A stretch of 64,000 bases of DNA, taken from contig CAZAGG010000006.1 in NCBI GenBank assembly GCA_964484565.1, positions 38,306 to 102,305 on the forward strand, in the 5' to 3' direction. Numbering within the stretch: position 1 is the stretch's first letter; every line of letters begins with the position of its first letter. The position numbers were made by a program, and so were the translations under genes. This DNA comes from an uncultured Rickettsiales bacterium. GTDB taxonomy: Bacteria; Pseudomonadota; Alphaproteobacteria; Rickettsiales; CAZAGG01. A model generated the notes under the pieces. That model did no database searches and was not told the origin of the DNA. It saw only the letters and a list, made by a program, of their open reading frames with translations. Shown one piece after another: positions 18,556 through 28,416 of the stretch.

Positions 18556-19099
18556 AGGTTGACATGCCTAAAAGCCTCTGCCTTAAAGCGGGCTCTGAGG
18601 TTTTTTCGCTTAGCCAAATAGATGAGAACCAATAGAGAAAATCATCTCCTTTAATTTTGCCAATTGGCTTATTATCTTTGAAGAATTCTGTTCCATATTT
18701 TGGAATGAAAAGTGCGGTTAAAACAGTGCCGTTTTGAACATCTGGGAATATATTACGCATCTGTTCATGCCATGCCGCGAGAATAACTTCATCATTAAAG
18801 CCTTGCTGCCTTATTTCTTGAACCGATCTATCTGCTATATCTAGCCCATCTATTTCTCTAAGATACTGTATAGAAAGTATGAAGGGTTTGCGCTCTGACC
18901 ACTCTCCTTCGGGGGCGTAAAGTGTTGCATCATAAACATCCCATACAAATTTAGTAAGCCTGCCACTGCCAACAATATCAATATTTGGAATCCTCTGTTT
19001 AATTACAGAATTGGCGGCAAATAGAGTATCGTTAGGCACCAATAGAAAGGCAGCTATCAAAAACTTTGCAAGAAATTTTGGTCGTTTGTTAAGCGGCAT
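18548..19099 (-). CDS. chalcone isomerase-like family protein (secreted)
   Basis: Signal peptide, GSGRLTKFVWDVYDATLYAP and FLYWFSSIWLSEKTSEPALRQRLLG blocks as in Chalcone_3-like proteins. Conserved partner of CFA-synthase-like clusters. Confidence 0.65.
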   Translation of the reverse strand: MPLNKRPKFLAKFLIAAFLLVPNDTLFAANSVIKQRIPNIDIVGSGRLTKFVWDVYDATLYAPEGEWSERKPFILSIQYLREIDGLDIADRSVQEIRQQGFNDEVILAAWHEQMRNIFPDVQNGTVLTALFIPKYGTEFFKDNKPIGKIKGDDFLYWFSSIWLSEKTSEPALRQRLLGMSTYE

Positions 19100-20255
19100 G
19101 TTGAAGCTCCATCTGCATTACATCAATTCTTCCTGAGGAAAAACTTGCGATACAAGATGCAAGGTAAAATCTCCACATACGAATAAATGGTTCATCTAGC
19201 CCGATGGCTCTAATCTGATCTAGTTTTTGTTCAAATTTCTCAAGCCAGTGCTTTAGGGTTAGTGCGTAATCTTTACCGAATGCAAACTTATCTGTTACTA
19301 TCATTCCAGCTCTCTCGCTTTCTTGTGCAAATCGTTCTGGCGATGGCAGCATTCCGCCTGGGAAAATATAAGTTCTGATAGGGTCGCACCCCCTTCTGTA
19401 TCTTTCAAAATATTTTTCCTGAATCGTTATTGTTTGAATGACTGCTTTCCCTTTGTTTGCAAGTAGTGATTTTACTTGCGAGAAATATGATGGCCAGAAT
19501 GCCTCTCCCACAGCTTCAAACATTTCAATGGAAACTATCTGATCATATTTTCCTTTTTGAATTCTGTAATCTTCGAGAGAAACAACAGCGTTGTTATTGC
19601 TTGCAAGTCTATTCGTGGCATATTCATATTGAGCTTTGGAGATTGTAAGTCCTTTGATTTCATAATCTCCTTTTGCTAAGGCTCTTTCAGCGAATCCACC
19701 CCATCCACAACCTATTTCGAGAAGTTTTCCTGAGTTATTTATTCGCTCAATTATTCGATCATATTTTCTGTATTGTGCGTTTGTTAGATTTTCAGATTCA
19801 TCAGCAAAAATAGCTGAAGAATATGTCATGCTGGGGTCAAGCCATAGCTTGTAAAAGTCGTTACCGATATCATAATGAGCATGAATATTTTTCTTACTAC
19901 CCTTAACAGTGTTGCGCGTAAATAGATAAGCAAACCTAGATGCTATTCTGGTAAAGAAATTTCCATATATATATTTGTCGAGAGATTCTTCATTTTGCAG
20001 GCCGAATAGTAGAAGTTTTGACAAATCATTCGTATCCCACAATCCATCCTTATAGCTTTCTGCAAATCCTATATCGCCTTTTTGAATAAATAGGGTAATA
20101 GCTTTGAGATTATATATGGTTATATCAGCATCGACTCCAGAACTCGCGCCTGAAAAGCTGTATGATTTTCCATCAGGCATTTTAATCGATATTGTGCCGT
20201 GACTAATATAATCGAATGTTTTGAGAAAACTTTTGATAATCTGATTTTGAAACAT
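19089..20255 (-). CDS. cyclopropane-fatty-acyl-phospholipid synthase family SAM-dependent methyltransferase
   Basis: HYDIGNDFYKLWLDPSMTYSSAIF and LLEIGCGWGGFAE (SAM motif I), plus the C-terminal FIRMWRFYLASC block. Confidence 0.9.
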   Translation of the reverse strand: MFQNQIIKSFLKTFDYISHGTISIKMPDGKSYSFSGASSGVDADITIYNLKAITLFIQKGDIGFAESYKDGLWDTNDLSKLLLFGLQNEESLDKYIYGNFFTRIASRFAYLFTRNTVKGSKKNIHAHYDIGNDFYKLWLDPSMTYSSAIFADESENLTNAQYRKYDRIIERINNSGKLLEIGCGWGGFAERALAKGDYEIKGLTISKAQYEYATNRLASNNNAVVSLEDYRIQKGKYDQIVSIEMFEAVGEAFWPSYFSQVKSLLANKGKAVIQTITIQEKYFERYRRGCDPIRTYIFPGGMLPSPERFAQESERAGMIVTDKFAFGKDYALTLKHWLEKFEQKLDQIRAIGLDEPFIRMWRFYLASCIASFSSGRIDVMQMELQHAA

Positions 20256-20332
20256 AAATTCACCTATATTTGAATGTAACTTAGTATATGAGAGCTAAAC
20301 CAATCATTTCTTGAATCTTACAAATTGGTAAG

Positions 20333-20610
20333 ATTAGGCACTGTTAGCTAATTATTTGAGATGCGCTGCGTTGTCAATTTTTCCAAGTAACAAGTAAAAA
20401 TGTGCGTGTAATAGCTTGTTCTATTGCCAAACATTTTTACGAAGTTAATTGGAAAAATTGACAGCAGCCCAGAGGGTTTGAATGAAAATTGGTATAAATT
20501 TACAAGAAATACTTGCAGATAAGAGTAACTATCTGGCGCATATTTCTTGTAAATTTCTCCGCAATTTTGATTCAAACGCATTCTACAAATAATTAACTAA
20601 CAGTGCCTAA
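20333..20610. repeat. 278-bp MITE-like element with 25-bp terminal inverted repeats and two internal long hairpins
   Basis: TIR TTAGGCACTGTTAGCTAATTATTTG (20333-20357) against CAAATAATTAACTAACAGTGCCTAA (20586-20610), 24/25 complementary. Internal stems are TGTCAATTTTTCCAA/TTGGAAAAATTGACA and an imperfect stem of about 35 bp (TTTGAATGAAAATTGG..AAGAAATA / TATTTCTT..CAATTTTGATTCAAA). Confidence 0.6.
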
Positions 20611-20660
20611 AAATTGATTTTACTTTAAACTCAACTTAGAAAAAGAATTGAATCACTACT

Positions 20661-20843
20661 CGCTCCCCCTTTATGGGGGAGCGGAAGAGCTAAGATTGCG
20701 TAACAATCGAAAGCGATTCTGTGGGGGTTTTCGCATTCCTTTCAAAACATTTGAAAGGAATTGTTGGAAAGCATGCAGTACCCCCACCAAATCGAGCGAC
20801 AGCTTCGCTTTGCTCATCATAGCTCCCCCATAAAGGAGGAGCG
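20661..20843. repeat. palindromic repeat element (family B, copy 1), capped by two hairpin ends
   Basis: The ends are mirror hairpins: CGCTCCCCC-TTTAT-GGGGGAGCG (20661-20683) and GCTCCCCC-ATAAA-GGAGGAGC (20822-20842). The core at 20694-20800 folds as a long hairpin and recurs at 42034-42140. Confidence 0.6.
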
Positions 20844-20864
20844 TATTCTATACTTATTCCGAGT

Positions 20865-21611
20865 TCATTTTACTTTACTGATATTTATTTCATTCTGAAC
20901 TGGTTTTTTTATAAATTTAATCCACTTAGACAATAATTTCATAGCCTGATAATGAATTAAAGCTATCGCTTTAGTGGTTACGAGAGGATGCTCAAAGAAT
21001 GCTTTCATAAGCGATTTGCGATTTAGTGGAGATAACTTCCCTAAAAGCGATGTAATCAGTTGCTTGTTATTATCTTTATCATAATAGTCAATCCAGATGC
21101 CTATGGAGTCTCCATTGAGATTGAATCGAAACTTATAACTTCCATTTCTCTCTAAAAATGGAGAAACGTGAAAGACCTTTTCCGCTTCAAACCAATCATT
21201 ATTTTTTATCTCAGAATTATCTTGATTCATGCATATATATGAATGTTGTTCGCCATAAGTGTTATGAACCTCTGCAATAACTGAAATCAGGGCTTTATTT
21301 GAATTGAAACAAAGATAAAAACTGACTGGGTTAAAAACATATCCCAAAACTGAGGGCATTGTGATTAAAACGACATGCTCTATTTTTGTTTCAATTTCGT
21401 AGTCGCTAAGAATCTTTTTCACCCAATGAATTGGGTCGCTGCCATCACGAAAGCCGACATCTTTTGGGTTAAAACTTCCAAACAAACTCGAGACCCTATC
21501 GGCAGGTAAAGGCAAAGCTAGATAATACACTCCATAAGAAAAGCTATTTACTTTAGGAAAAAACCTTTTGTGCATTACCTTAGCTTTGAAGATTTGCGGA
21601 GTTATTTCCAC
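20865..21611 (-). CDS. DUF1365 domain-containing protein
   Basis: N-terminal KVMHKRFFPKVNSFSYGVYYLALPL, about 250 aa, overlapping the upstream FAD-oxidoreductase gene. This is the canonical DUF1365 context. Confidence 0.85.
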   Translation of the reverse strand: MEITPQIFKAKVMHKRFFPKVNSFSYGVYYLALPLPADRVSSLFGSFNPKDVGFRDGSDPIHWVKKILSDYEIETKIEHVVLITMPSVLGYVFNPVSFYLCFNSNKALISVIAEVHNTYGEQHSYICMNQDNSEIKNNDWFEAEKVFHVSPFLERNGSYKFRFNLNGDSIGIWIDYYDKDNNKQLITSLLGKLSPLNRKSLMKAFFEHPLVTTKAIALIHYQAMKLLSKWIKFIKKPVQNEINISKVK

Positions 21612-22873
21612 TGTCTGCTAATTCCCATTTTCTCAGTCATATTAACTGCACTTAAAAGCCCATCTTCATGGAAGCCATAGCGTTGATATGCACCACAAAA
21701 CCAAAGGCGATTTTTACCCTGAATTGCATCTATTTTAGATTGTGCATGAACCGCTGGTTCATCAAAAACTGGGTGCTCAAATATATATTCATCGTGCACC
21801 AATTCTTTTTTAGGTTCACGCGCAGGATTTAAAGTAACTATAATTGGTTCGCTTGTTTTAAGAGGCTGTAAATTATTCATCCAGTAACTTAGAGAAACAT
21901 TTGCGCTATCATCGCTTTGTGCTTCTGATAGATAAACCCAGCTTGCCCAAGCCTTCTTGCGTTTTGGCATGAATGAAATATCGCTATGCAGAATCATTCT
22001 ATTTTTATGATACCTTATTGCGCCTAATATTTCAGATTCATCTTTTAGAGGATTATCAATCATTCTTAGTGCTTGATCTGAATGACATGCAAAGATAACC
22101 TCATCAAATGCATCAATTTTACCATTTTTAAAATGCAAGTTGACGCCATTATCATCGCGCACCACCTTTTGAACTGGCGAATTGGTATATATTTTGTCTT
22201 GGAATGATGAGGTTAGTCTTTTAACGTATTCTCTGCTTCCGCCATCCACAGTATACCACTGAGGTTGATTGCTTACAGATAACAACCCATGATTATCAAA
22301 AAAGCGAATTAATGTTCTTGCTGGAAAATCATTCATTTGTTTTAGTGGTGTGCTCCATATTGCTCCACCCATTGCAAGTAGGAAATATTTCCGAAACCAT
22401 TCGCCCATTTTGAGTTCATCTAGGCATTTTTCTATTGTTAGGCCTTCTTTGTCCTCCAGATAATGTGGCGCTTCTTTATAAAAAGACAGTATGTCTTTAA
22501 TCATGCCTAAAAATTTTGGGCGGAAGATGTTTTTATTTTGTGCAAATAAACTTGCCATAGTTTGTGTGCTATATTCTAGCCAACCATCATTTATGCTAAC
22601 TCCAAATGACATATTGCTTTTTACAACTGGCACATTCAAATGCTCAAATAGTGATGTAAGAAGCGGATAATTCTTATAGTTAAATACTATAAAGCCTGTA
22701 TCAACGGGAATCGAGCCATCTTTGGTTTTAACTTCTACAGTTCTGCTATGACCACCAATGTAATCATTCTTCTCATATAAACTTATGTTATGATGTGGCG
22801 CAAGCATATAAGCCGTTGCAAGCCCTGATATTCCACCGCCAATTATGGCTATTTTTTTATTTCGATTTTCCAT
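21602..22873 (-). CDS. NAD(P)/FAD-dependent oxidoreductase (amine-oxidase/phytoene-desaturase-like)
   Basis: Dinucleotide fold KIAIIGGGISGLATAYML...YEKNDYIGGH. The start is probably the internal Met (MENRNKK, 22873), while the track ORF extends to 22936. Confidence 0.85.
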   Translation of the reverse strand: MENRNKKIAIIGGGISGLATAYMLAPHHNISLYEKNDYIGGHSRTVEVKTKDGSIPVDTGFIVFNYKNYPLLTSLFEHLNVPVVKSNMSFGVSINDGWLEYSTQTMASLFAQNKNIFRPKFLGMIKDILSFYKEAPHYLEDKEGLTIEKCLDELKMGEWFRKYFLLAMGGAIWSTPLKQMNDFPARTLIRFFDNHGLLSVSNQPQWYTVDGGSREYVKRLTSSFQDKIYTNSPVQKVVRDDNGVNLHFKNGKIDAFDEVIFACHSDQALRMIDNPLKDESEILGAIRYHKNRMILHSDISFMPKRKKAWASWVYLSEAQSDDSANVSLSYWMNNLQPLKTSEPIIVTLNPAREPKKELVHDEYIFEHPVFDEPAVHAQSKIDAIQGKNRLWFCGAYQRYGFHEDGLLSAVNMTEKMGISRQWK

Positions 22874-23017
22874 GCTTTCAGTAGAACCTATCTCACTAAT
22901 ATTTAAGGAATGCGACAATGCTGATTTTTGATACAATACTAGGCGAAAAACGATGTGAATATTATAAATATTCTCGAGTTTTTCAACGACGTAGTGTGCA
23001 AAAAGCAGCTTGTCCCC

Positions 23018-23039
23018 GCCATTTTGTTTACAAAATGGC
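23018..23039. promoter_or_regulatory. perfect 10-2-10 palindrome GCCATTTTGT-TT-ACAAAATGGC upstream of the lipid-modification operon
   Basis: Read directly from the sequence. It lies about 145 nt upstream of the FAD-oxidoreductase start in the 330-bp spacer after the patatin gene. It could be an operator or part of a terminator. Confidence 0.3.
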
Positions 23040-23264
23040 TATCTTTAATGATACAAAGTTGGCAAGCCAACTTTTGGGGTTGTATCAAATTTTCATTACT
23101 ACTTTGTCGAAAATCTCGTCTGTAGACCCCGCTACAGACATTCAATTTTCTCCTAGTATTAAAGAAAATTTGATGAACAACGCATCCATAAATATTAGCT
23201 AGATAGGTTCTATAGACAAGTTCTCTTGCCTTGTCATTTCCTGATTCTAAATTATTCGTAAGGT

Positions 23265-24320
23265 TTACTTGGTGGCTAGTTTTACCTGTCCACCATTTTT
23301 TGCGGCAGTTCTTGCAGCTATGTTCTTTGCATTGTTCTTGTACCAATCTTCTGCCGCCTGCCTTCCAGTATCGCGAAGATAGTGCAAGAAATCCATATCT
23401 GCATTGAGTTTGCTTGCCTTGCCAAGTGGCGCGAGAATATCGCCCGCTTGAATGTGATGGATATAGCTTCTTTGATATTCTGGCTCTCCAATCTTGCCTT
23501 CATCAATTAGCTTGTTGACGAACTCAATATGCTCAAGCTCTTTCATTAAACTAGAGTTGAAACTTATTTCATTTGCCCTGTCGAGAATATCAGAGGCTTT
23601 GGTTGGAACTTCAGGATCGTAAAATGGTATGCTCTGAACGATGATAATATCTTTGGCAAGTTCGGGTGACATTAGTGGCTTAATTGATGGATTGCCTGTG
23701 AACCCACCCTCCCAATACGCATTTCCATCTATTGTAACGGTTTTAAAAACAAATGGCAGGCAGGTGCTTGCAAGTAAAACATCCTGATTGATTTTGTCAT
23801 TGCCAAATACTGTGTATTCTCCAGTTTGCACATTTGTTGCCCCGATAAAAAGGCGTGGAGCATCCTTCTTTCTCAATGAATCTGAGTTGATCGTTTCGTT
23901 GATAATTTCCTTAAGAGGGTTAATATCGAACATATTGAACTGATAGGGCGAGAATATTTTGGTGATGAAATCTAACGCTACAAATGATGGAGAAAAAGCT
24001 AGGCTGGAATTGCCCAAAAACTTATCTACCATTGTTGGCTGAAATGGAGATAGCCTCGCAGCTAGTGCAATCTTCTTCCAGAAAGATTCAAGCATTCCAC
24101 GAGCTTTGCTTCTATTGCCGTCTTCCATAGCAGATGCGACAACGCTTGCCACTAACGCGCCAATGCTTGTTGCGCTGATTGCGGATATATTCACTTCTTC
24201 TTTTTCCAAAAGATAGTCGATTACGCCCCAATTAAAAGCTGAGTGGGTTCCCCCGCCCTGCAATGCAAGTGAAACAGAAACAGGAGGTAATTTAGTTTTC
24301 TCATCAGAATTCTTAGCCAT
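23265..24320 (-). CDS. patatin-like phospholipase
   Basis: Oxyanion LQGGGTHSAFNWGV, nucleophile elbow ATSIG (GxSxG variant) and a downstream D-G region. The ATG at 24320 is 9 nt after GGGAGG, while the track ORF extends to 24356. Confidence 0.8.
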   Translation of the reverse strand: MAKNSDEKTKLPPVSVSLALQGGGTHSAFNWGVIDYLLEKEEVNISAISATSIGALVASVVASAMEDGNRSKARGMLESFWKKIALAARLSPFQPTMVDKFLGNSSLAFSPSFVALDFITKIFSPYQFNMFDINPLKEIINETINSDSLRKKDAPRLFIGATNVQTGEYTVFGNDKINQDVLLASTCLPFVFKTVTIDGNAYWEGGFTGNPSIKPLMSPELAKDIIIVQSIPFYDPEVPTKASDILDRANEISFNSSLMKELEHIEFVNKLIDEGKIGEPEYQRSYIHHIQAGDILAPLGKASKLNADMDFLHYLRDTGRQAAEDWYKNNAKNIAARTAAKNGGQVKLATK

Positions 24321-24418
24321 TGACATCATCCTCCCAATTATTTTGCAGTGCAACACAACTATTATAATTCAAATTTGTAAAAAAATCTATTAATAATCTA
24401 GGTAAATATTTTTTAGAG

Positions 24419-25348
24419 ATGCAAGCAATGAAATTTATAAATCATGATAATAATGGCTTACTGTTTTTAGATAGCTGCAAAGAGCCTACAGTAAAGCAAG
24501 GAGAGGTGTTAATTGAAGTCAAATCGGCTGGGGTAAACCGTGCAGATATTTTTCAGGCCATAGGGAAATATCCGCCTCCAGAAGGTGCATCTATGATTTT
24601 AGGAATGGAATTCTCAGGCATCAGGCAAGACAATCAACAAAGGGTGATGGGGCTTGTTGATGGTGGGGCATATGCCGAATATTGCAGTGCACCAATTTTG
24701 CAATTAATCGAAATTCCAGATAATTTTTCATTTGAAATGGCGGCGGCTCTTCCAGAAGCATTTTTTACCTGCTGGTTTAATATCTTTATGAAAGCACGTC
24801 TAAAAAAGGGAGAAACTCTCTTAGTGCATGGTGGAGGGAGTGGGATTGGTACAACAGCAATTATGCTTGCAAAGGCTTTTGAATGTGAGGTGGTTGTAAC
24901 GGCTGGAAGTGACGAAAAATGCAAACGATGTCTTGAGGTTGGAGCAGATAAAGCAATTAATTATAAAACCTCTGACTTTGCGAACGAGGTTCAAGCTGAT
25001 GTCATTCTAGATATAGCAGGAGCATCATATTTTCAGCAGAATATAAATTGCCTAAAGCAAAACGGCAGACTTGTTATACTTTCAATGCTGGGAGGTAGGA
25101 AATCTGAAATTGATATTGCAACTATACATAAAAAAAATCTCACAATAATGGGGTCAACACTGCGCTCACAAACAACCCATGTGAAAGCAGAAATATGTGC
25201 AGAGATAAAACAGAAGGTAATGCCACTGGTTGAATCTGGGCAGATAAAACCTGTAATCGATAGCATCTTTTCTTTTGAAGATGCAAATTCCGCGCATGAA
25301 AGAATGCGAAATAATTTGAATTTTGGTAAAATAGTGCTTAAAAACTAA
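24419..25348 (+). CDS. NAD(P)H:quinone oxidoreductase (MDR/zeta-crystallin, PIG3-like)
   Basis: GEVLIEVKSAGVNRADI, LVHGGGSGIGTTAI cofactor loop and the C-terminal GKIVL ending. Confidence 0.85.
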   Translation: MQAMKFINHDNNGLLFLDSCKEPTVKQGEVLIEVKSAGVNRADIFQAIGKYPPPEGASMILGMEFSGIRQDNQQRVMGLVDGGAYAEYCSAPILQLIEIPDNFSFEMAAALPEAFFTCWFNIFMKARLKKGETLLVHGGGSGIGTTAIMLAKAFECEVVVTAGSDEKCKRCLEVGADKAINYKTSDFANEVQADVILDIAGASYFQQNINCLKQNGRLVILSMLGGRKSEIDIATIHKKNLTIMGSTLRSQTTHVKAEICAEIKQKVMPLVESGQIKPVIDSIFSFEDANSAHERMRNNLNFGKIVLKN

Positions 25349-25388
25349 CCTAGTATTAGATTTTAATAATTTTTGAGGAATAAATATA

Positions 25389-25937
25389 ATGGCTTTACCA
25401 TTAATGCCTAAAGCAACGGCTGTTTGGTTGGTTGAGAATACAACATTGACATTTGAGCAGATTGCAGATTTTTGCGGAATGCACCCTCTCGAAGTTCAGG
25501 GTATAGCGGATGGCGAAGTTTCAACAAGTATTACTGGCGTTGATCCGATAATGAGTGGTCAGGTTAGCCGAGATGAAATAAAGCGTTGTGAGGCAGATCC
25601 TAAAGCTAAACTTGCGATGAATCCAGAAGCTCGTAAACACTTGGTGAGTAAGTCAAAGGGCGGAAAATATACTCCAGTTGCAAGAAGGCAAGATAAGCCA
25701 GATGCCATTTCATGGATAATCAAAAATTATCCAGACATGACTGACGCACAAATTGTAAGGCTTATTGGAACAACAAAGAATACGATTGCTTCAGTTAAAA
25801 ACCGCACTCACTGGAACATGACGGGAATTAAGCCTAAAGATCCTGTTTTGCTAGGTCTTTGTACGCAAACCGATCTTGAGCATGAGATAGCTAAAACAAA
25901 AATATCCGCAGCGAAAACTGAGCAAAAAGCTAGTTAG
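25389..25937 (+). CDS. DUF1013 domain protein (TrcR-like, alphaproteobacterial)
   Basis: N-terminus MALPLMPKATAVWLVENTTLTFEQIADFCGMHPLEVQGIADGEV and the NRTHWN block are typical of DUF1013. Confidence 0.8.
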   Translation: MALPLMPKATAVWLVENTTLTFEQIADFCGMHPLEVQGIADGEVSTSITGVDPIMSGQVSRDEIKRCEADPKAKLAMNPEARKHLVSKSKGGKYTPVARRQDKPDAISWIIKNYPDMTDAQIVRLIGTTKNTIASVKNRTHWNMTGIKPKDPVLLGLCTQTDLEHEIAKTKISAAKTEQKAS

Positions 25938-25943
25938 GGCAGG

Positions 25944-27845
25944 ATGGATAATTCCGCTTTAAAGGAATATCAGGCGTTATATAAATCATCTATTGATGAC
26001 AACGATGAATTCTGGAAAGGTAAGGCGGATATAATTGAATGGTTTGAGCCATTTAAAAAAGTATCAGATTGTAGCTTTGAGAGTCCTGTTAAGGTACGCT
26101 GGTTTTTAGGTGGAAAACTTAATGTCTCCTATAACTGTGTTGATAGGCACGCAAAGAGTAATCCAGATAAGATAGCAATAATTTGGGAATCTGATAATCC
26201 CGAACTTAGTAGAGCAATAAGCTATCAAGAGCTTTATAGCCAAGTAAACCTGTTTGCAGCGGCGCTTTTGAAGCATGGCGTAAAAAAAGGCGATAGGGTA
26301 ACTATATATCTACCGATGATTCCTGAAGCGGCGTATGCGATGCTTGCCTGTGCGCGTATTGGCGCAATTCACTCAGTTGTATTCGCAGGGTTTTCAGCGG
26401 AATCTCTTAAGAATCGGATGGAAGATTGCGAGAGTCGAATCATCATCACAGCCGATGAAGCCATTAGAGGTGGCAAGGTCACTCGATTGAAGGATAATGT
26501 TGATTCGGCGATTGCTGGAATGAAAGATGTAAAATCTATCGTGTTCAGGCATTCAGATTCAGCCATACAAATGACGGAGGGTAGGGATTTTTGGTATCAT
26601 GACGAGGTCAAGTCTTTAGAAGGTTCAGAAGTTCCGCCAGTCGCGATGGATTCTGAAGACGCGCTTTTCATTCTTTATACGTCTGGTTCGACTGGAAAAC
26701 CGAAGGGGGTTGTTCATGCCTCTGGTGGATACATCACCTATGCGGCGTATACTTTTAGAGAAGTTTTTGCCTATCAAGATTCAGAAATCTTTTGGTGCAC
26801 AGCCGATGTTGGATGGATTACAGGTCACACCTATACCCTATATGGTGCGTTAGCAAATGGCGCAACTACACTGATGTTTGAGGGTGTTCCTGATTATCCT
26901 GATGCCTCGCGTTTTTGGAAGGTTATTGATAAGCATAGTGTCAATATATTTTATACTGCACCAACTGCGATTAGAGCGTTAATGAGGTTAGGCGATGAGC
27001 CACTTGCTGATACATCACGAGATTCACTAAGACTTCTTGGAAGTGTTGGGGAGCCAATAAATCCAGAGGCTTGGCAGTGGTATCATGATGTAGTTGGAAA
27101 ATCTAAATGTGAGATAGTTGATACATGGTGGCAAACTGAAACGGGCGGCCATATGATTACACCGATTGCAGGAGTTACTCCGCTTAAAGCAGGCTCTGCA
27201 ACCCTTCCTTTTTATGGCATAGAGCCAGTCTTGGTTGATGATAAGGGTAACGTGATTTCTGAAAAGGAAGCAGAAGGGCATCTATATATCAAGAAGTCAT
27301 GGCCAAGTCAGGCGGTCACGGTTTATAAGAATCATCAGCGATTTGAAGAGACTTACTTCAGCCAGTTAAAAGGATTTTACTGCACAGGAGACGGTGCAAG
27401 ACGAGATAAAGACGGATACTACTGGATAACAGGAAGAGTTGACGATGTCATAAACGTATCGGGACATAGATTCGGAACAGCAGAAATAGAAAATGCTCTC
27501 ATTGAAAACCAATCTGTTGCAGAATCAGCGGTGGTAGGGTTTCCGCACGAACTTAAAGGTCAGGGAATCTTTGCCTATGTCATTCTTAAAAAGGATATTA
27601 TTCCATCAGAGGAACTAAAGAAAGGGCTTATAAATCAGGTGAGAAAAAGTATTGGCGCGATAGCAACAATAGATAAACTCTACTTTGTCGAGGGACTTCC
27701 TAAAACTAGATCTGGCAAAATTATAAGAAGAATACTTCGCAAAATCGCTGAGGGAGAGTTTAAAGAATTTGGCGATACATCATCTCTAACCAATCCAGAT
27801 ATTATCACTTCGATAGTCTCTGAGGTTACAAGAACCTATGCCTAA
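25944..27845 (+). CDS. acs: acetyl-CoA synthetase
   Basis: 633 aa with AMP-binding motifs [20 protein letters not shown] and [24 protein letters not shown], plus the C-terminal [17 protein letters not shown]. Confidence 0.95.
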   Translation: MDNSALKEYQALYKSSIDDNDEFWKGKADIIEWFEPFKKVSDCSFESPVKVRWFLGGKLNVSYNCVDRHAKSNPDKIAIIWESDNPELSRAISYQELYSQVNLFAAALLKHGVKKGDRVTIYLPMIPEAAYAMLACARIGAIHSVVFAGFSAESLKNRMEDCESRIIITADEAIRGGKVTRLKDNVDSAIAGMKDVKSIVFRHSDSAIQMTEGRDFWYHDEVKSLEGSEVPPVAMDSEDALFILYTSGSTGKPKGVVHASGGYITYAAYTFREVFAYQDSEIFWCTADVGWITGHTYTLYGALANGATTLMFEGVPDYPDASRFWKVIDKHSVNIFYTAPTAIRALMRLGDEPLADTSRDSLRLLGSVGEPINPEAWQWYHDVVGKSKCEIVDTWWQTETGGHMITPIAGVTPLKAGSATLPFYGIEPVLVDDKGNVISEKEAEGHLYIKKSWPSQAVTVYKNHQRFEETYFSQLKGFYCTGDGARRDKDGYYWITGRVDDVINVSGHRFGTAEIENALIENQSVAESAVVGFPHELKGQGIFAYVILKKDIIPSEELKKGLINQVRKSIGAIATIDKLYFVEGLPKTRSGKIIRRILRKIAEGEFKEFGDTSSLTNPDIITSIVSEVTRTYA

Positions 27846-28416
27846 GAAAAGAAACTTTGAAGATATATTAAGAGACGAGATGAACGCAAGCGGAGTTTTC
27901 AGAGTTTGCGACAATCCCTCGTGCGAATTTGAAGGGCTTTATAGAGCACCAAAGTCGAGAAATAATATCAATGAATACTATTGGTTTTGTCTAGAGCATG
28001 TCAGGGAATACAACAAAAGCTGGAATTACTTTGAAAACTCTGCCGAAAAAGAGATAGAAGATTTCCGATACGATGCAATGTTGGGGCACCGTCCAACGTG
28101 GCAATTTGGGCTTGGCAATAAAAGCACCGATGCACTCAAAACAGCTTTCAGGCAATTCATGAACGGTAGTTTCTCAGATAAAATACCAAACTCTTCTGAA
28201 GAAAAAGAGGTTCGGAAACTCACTCAAAAAGAGAAAAAGTCTTTCGCTGTTTTAGAGCTTGACATTAATTCTGATAAAAAAGCCATCAAAAAACGATATA
28301 AAGAGCTAGTCAAAAAGTATCATCCTGATGTAAATAAAGATAATAAACACTCAGAAGAGCGTTTTAAACAGGTTACTGAAGCGTATAAAATATTATTTGA
28401 AAGCAAAAATATATAA
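27838..28416 (+). CDS. DnaJ (J-domain) protein with N-terminal Cys-rich region
   Basis: C-terminal J domain ([16 protein letters not shown]) and N-terminal CDNPSCE...[11 protein letters not shown]. Typical alphaproteobacterial partner upstream of the cobS-like gene. Confidence 0.8.
   Translation: MPKKRNFEDILRDEMNASGVFRVCDNPSCEFEGLYRAPKSRNNINEYYWFCLEHVREYNKSWNYFENSAEKEIEDFRYDAMLGHRPTWQFGLGNKSTDALKTAFRQFMNGSFSDKIPNSSEEKEVRKLTQKEKKSFAVLELDINSDKKAIKKRYKELVKKYHPDVNKDNKHSEERFKQVTEAYKILFESKNI

Noticed and set aside
20348-20581. 77-aa ORF (minus strand), plus the 61-aa ORF at 20648-20833
   Set aside because: Both lie entirely within the palindromic MITE-like elements. Their reading frames are by-products of the inverted repeats and show no SD or motifs.
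22918-23346. ORFs 22918-23202 (+) and 22939-23346 (-) in the spacer upstream of the FAD-oxidoreductase gene
   Set aside because: One overlaps the patatin 3' end and the other overlaps the extended oxidoreductase start. They have no motifs, and hairpins and palindromes better explain the region as regulatory or terminator sequence.
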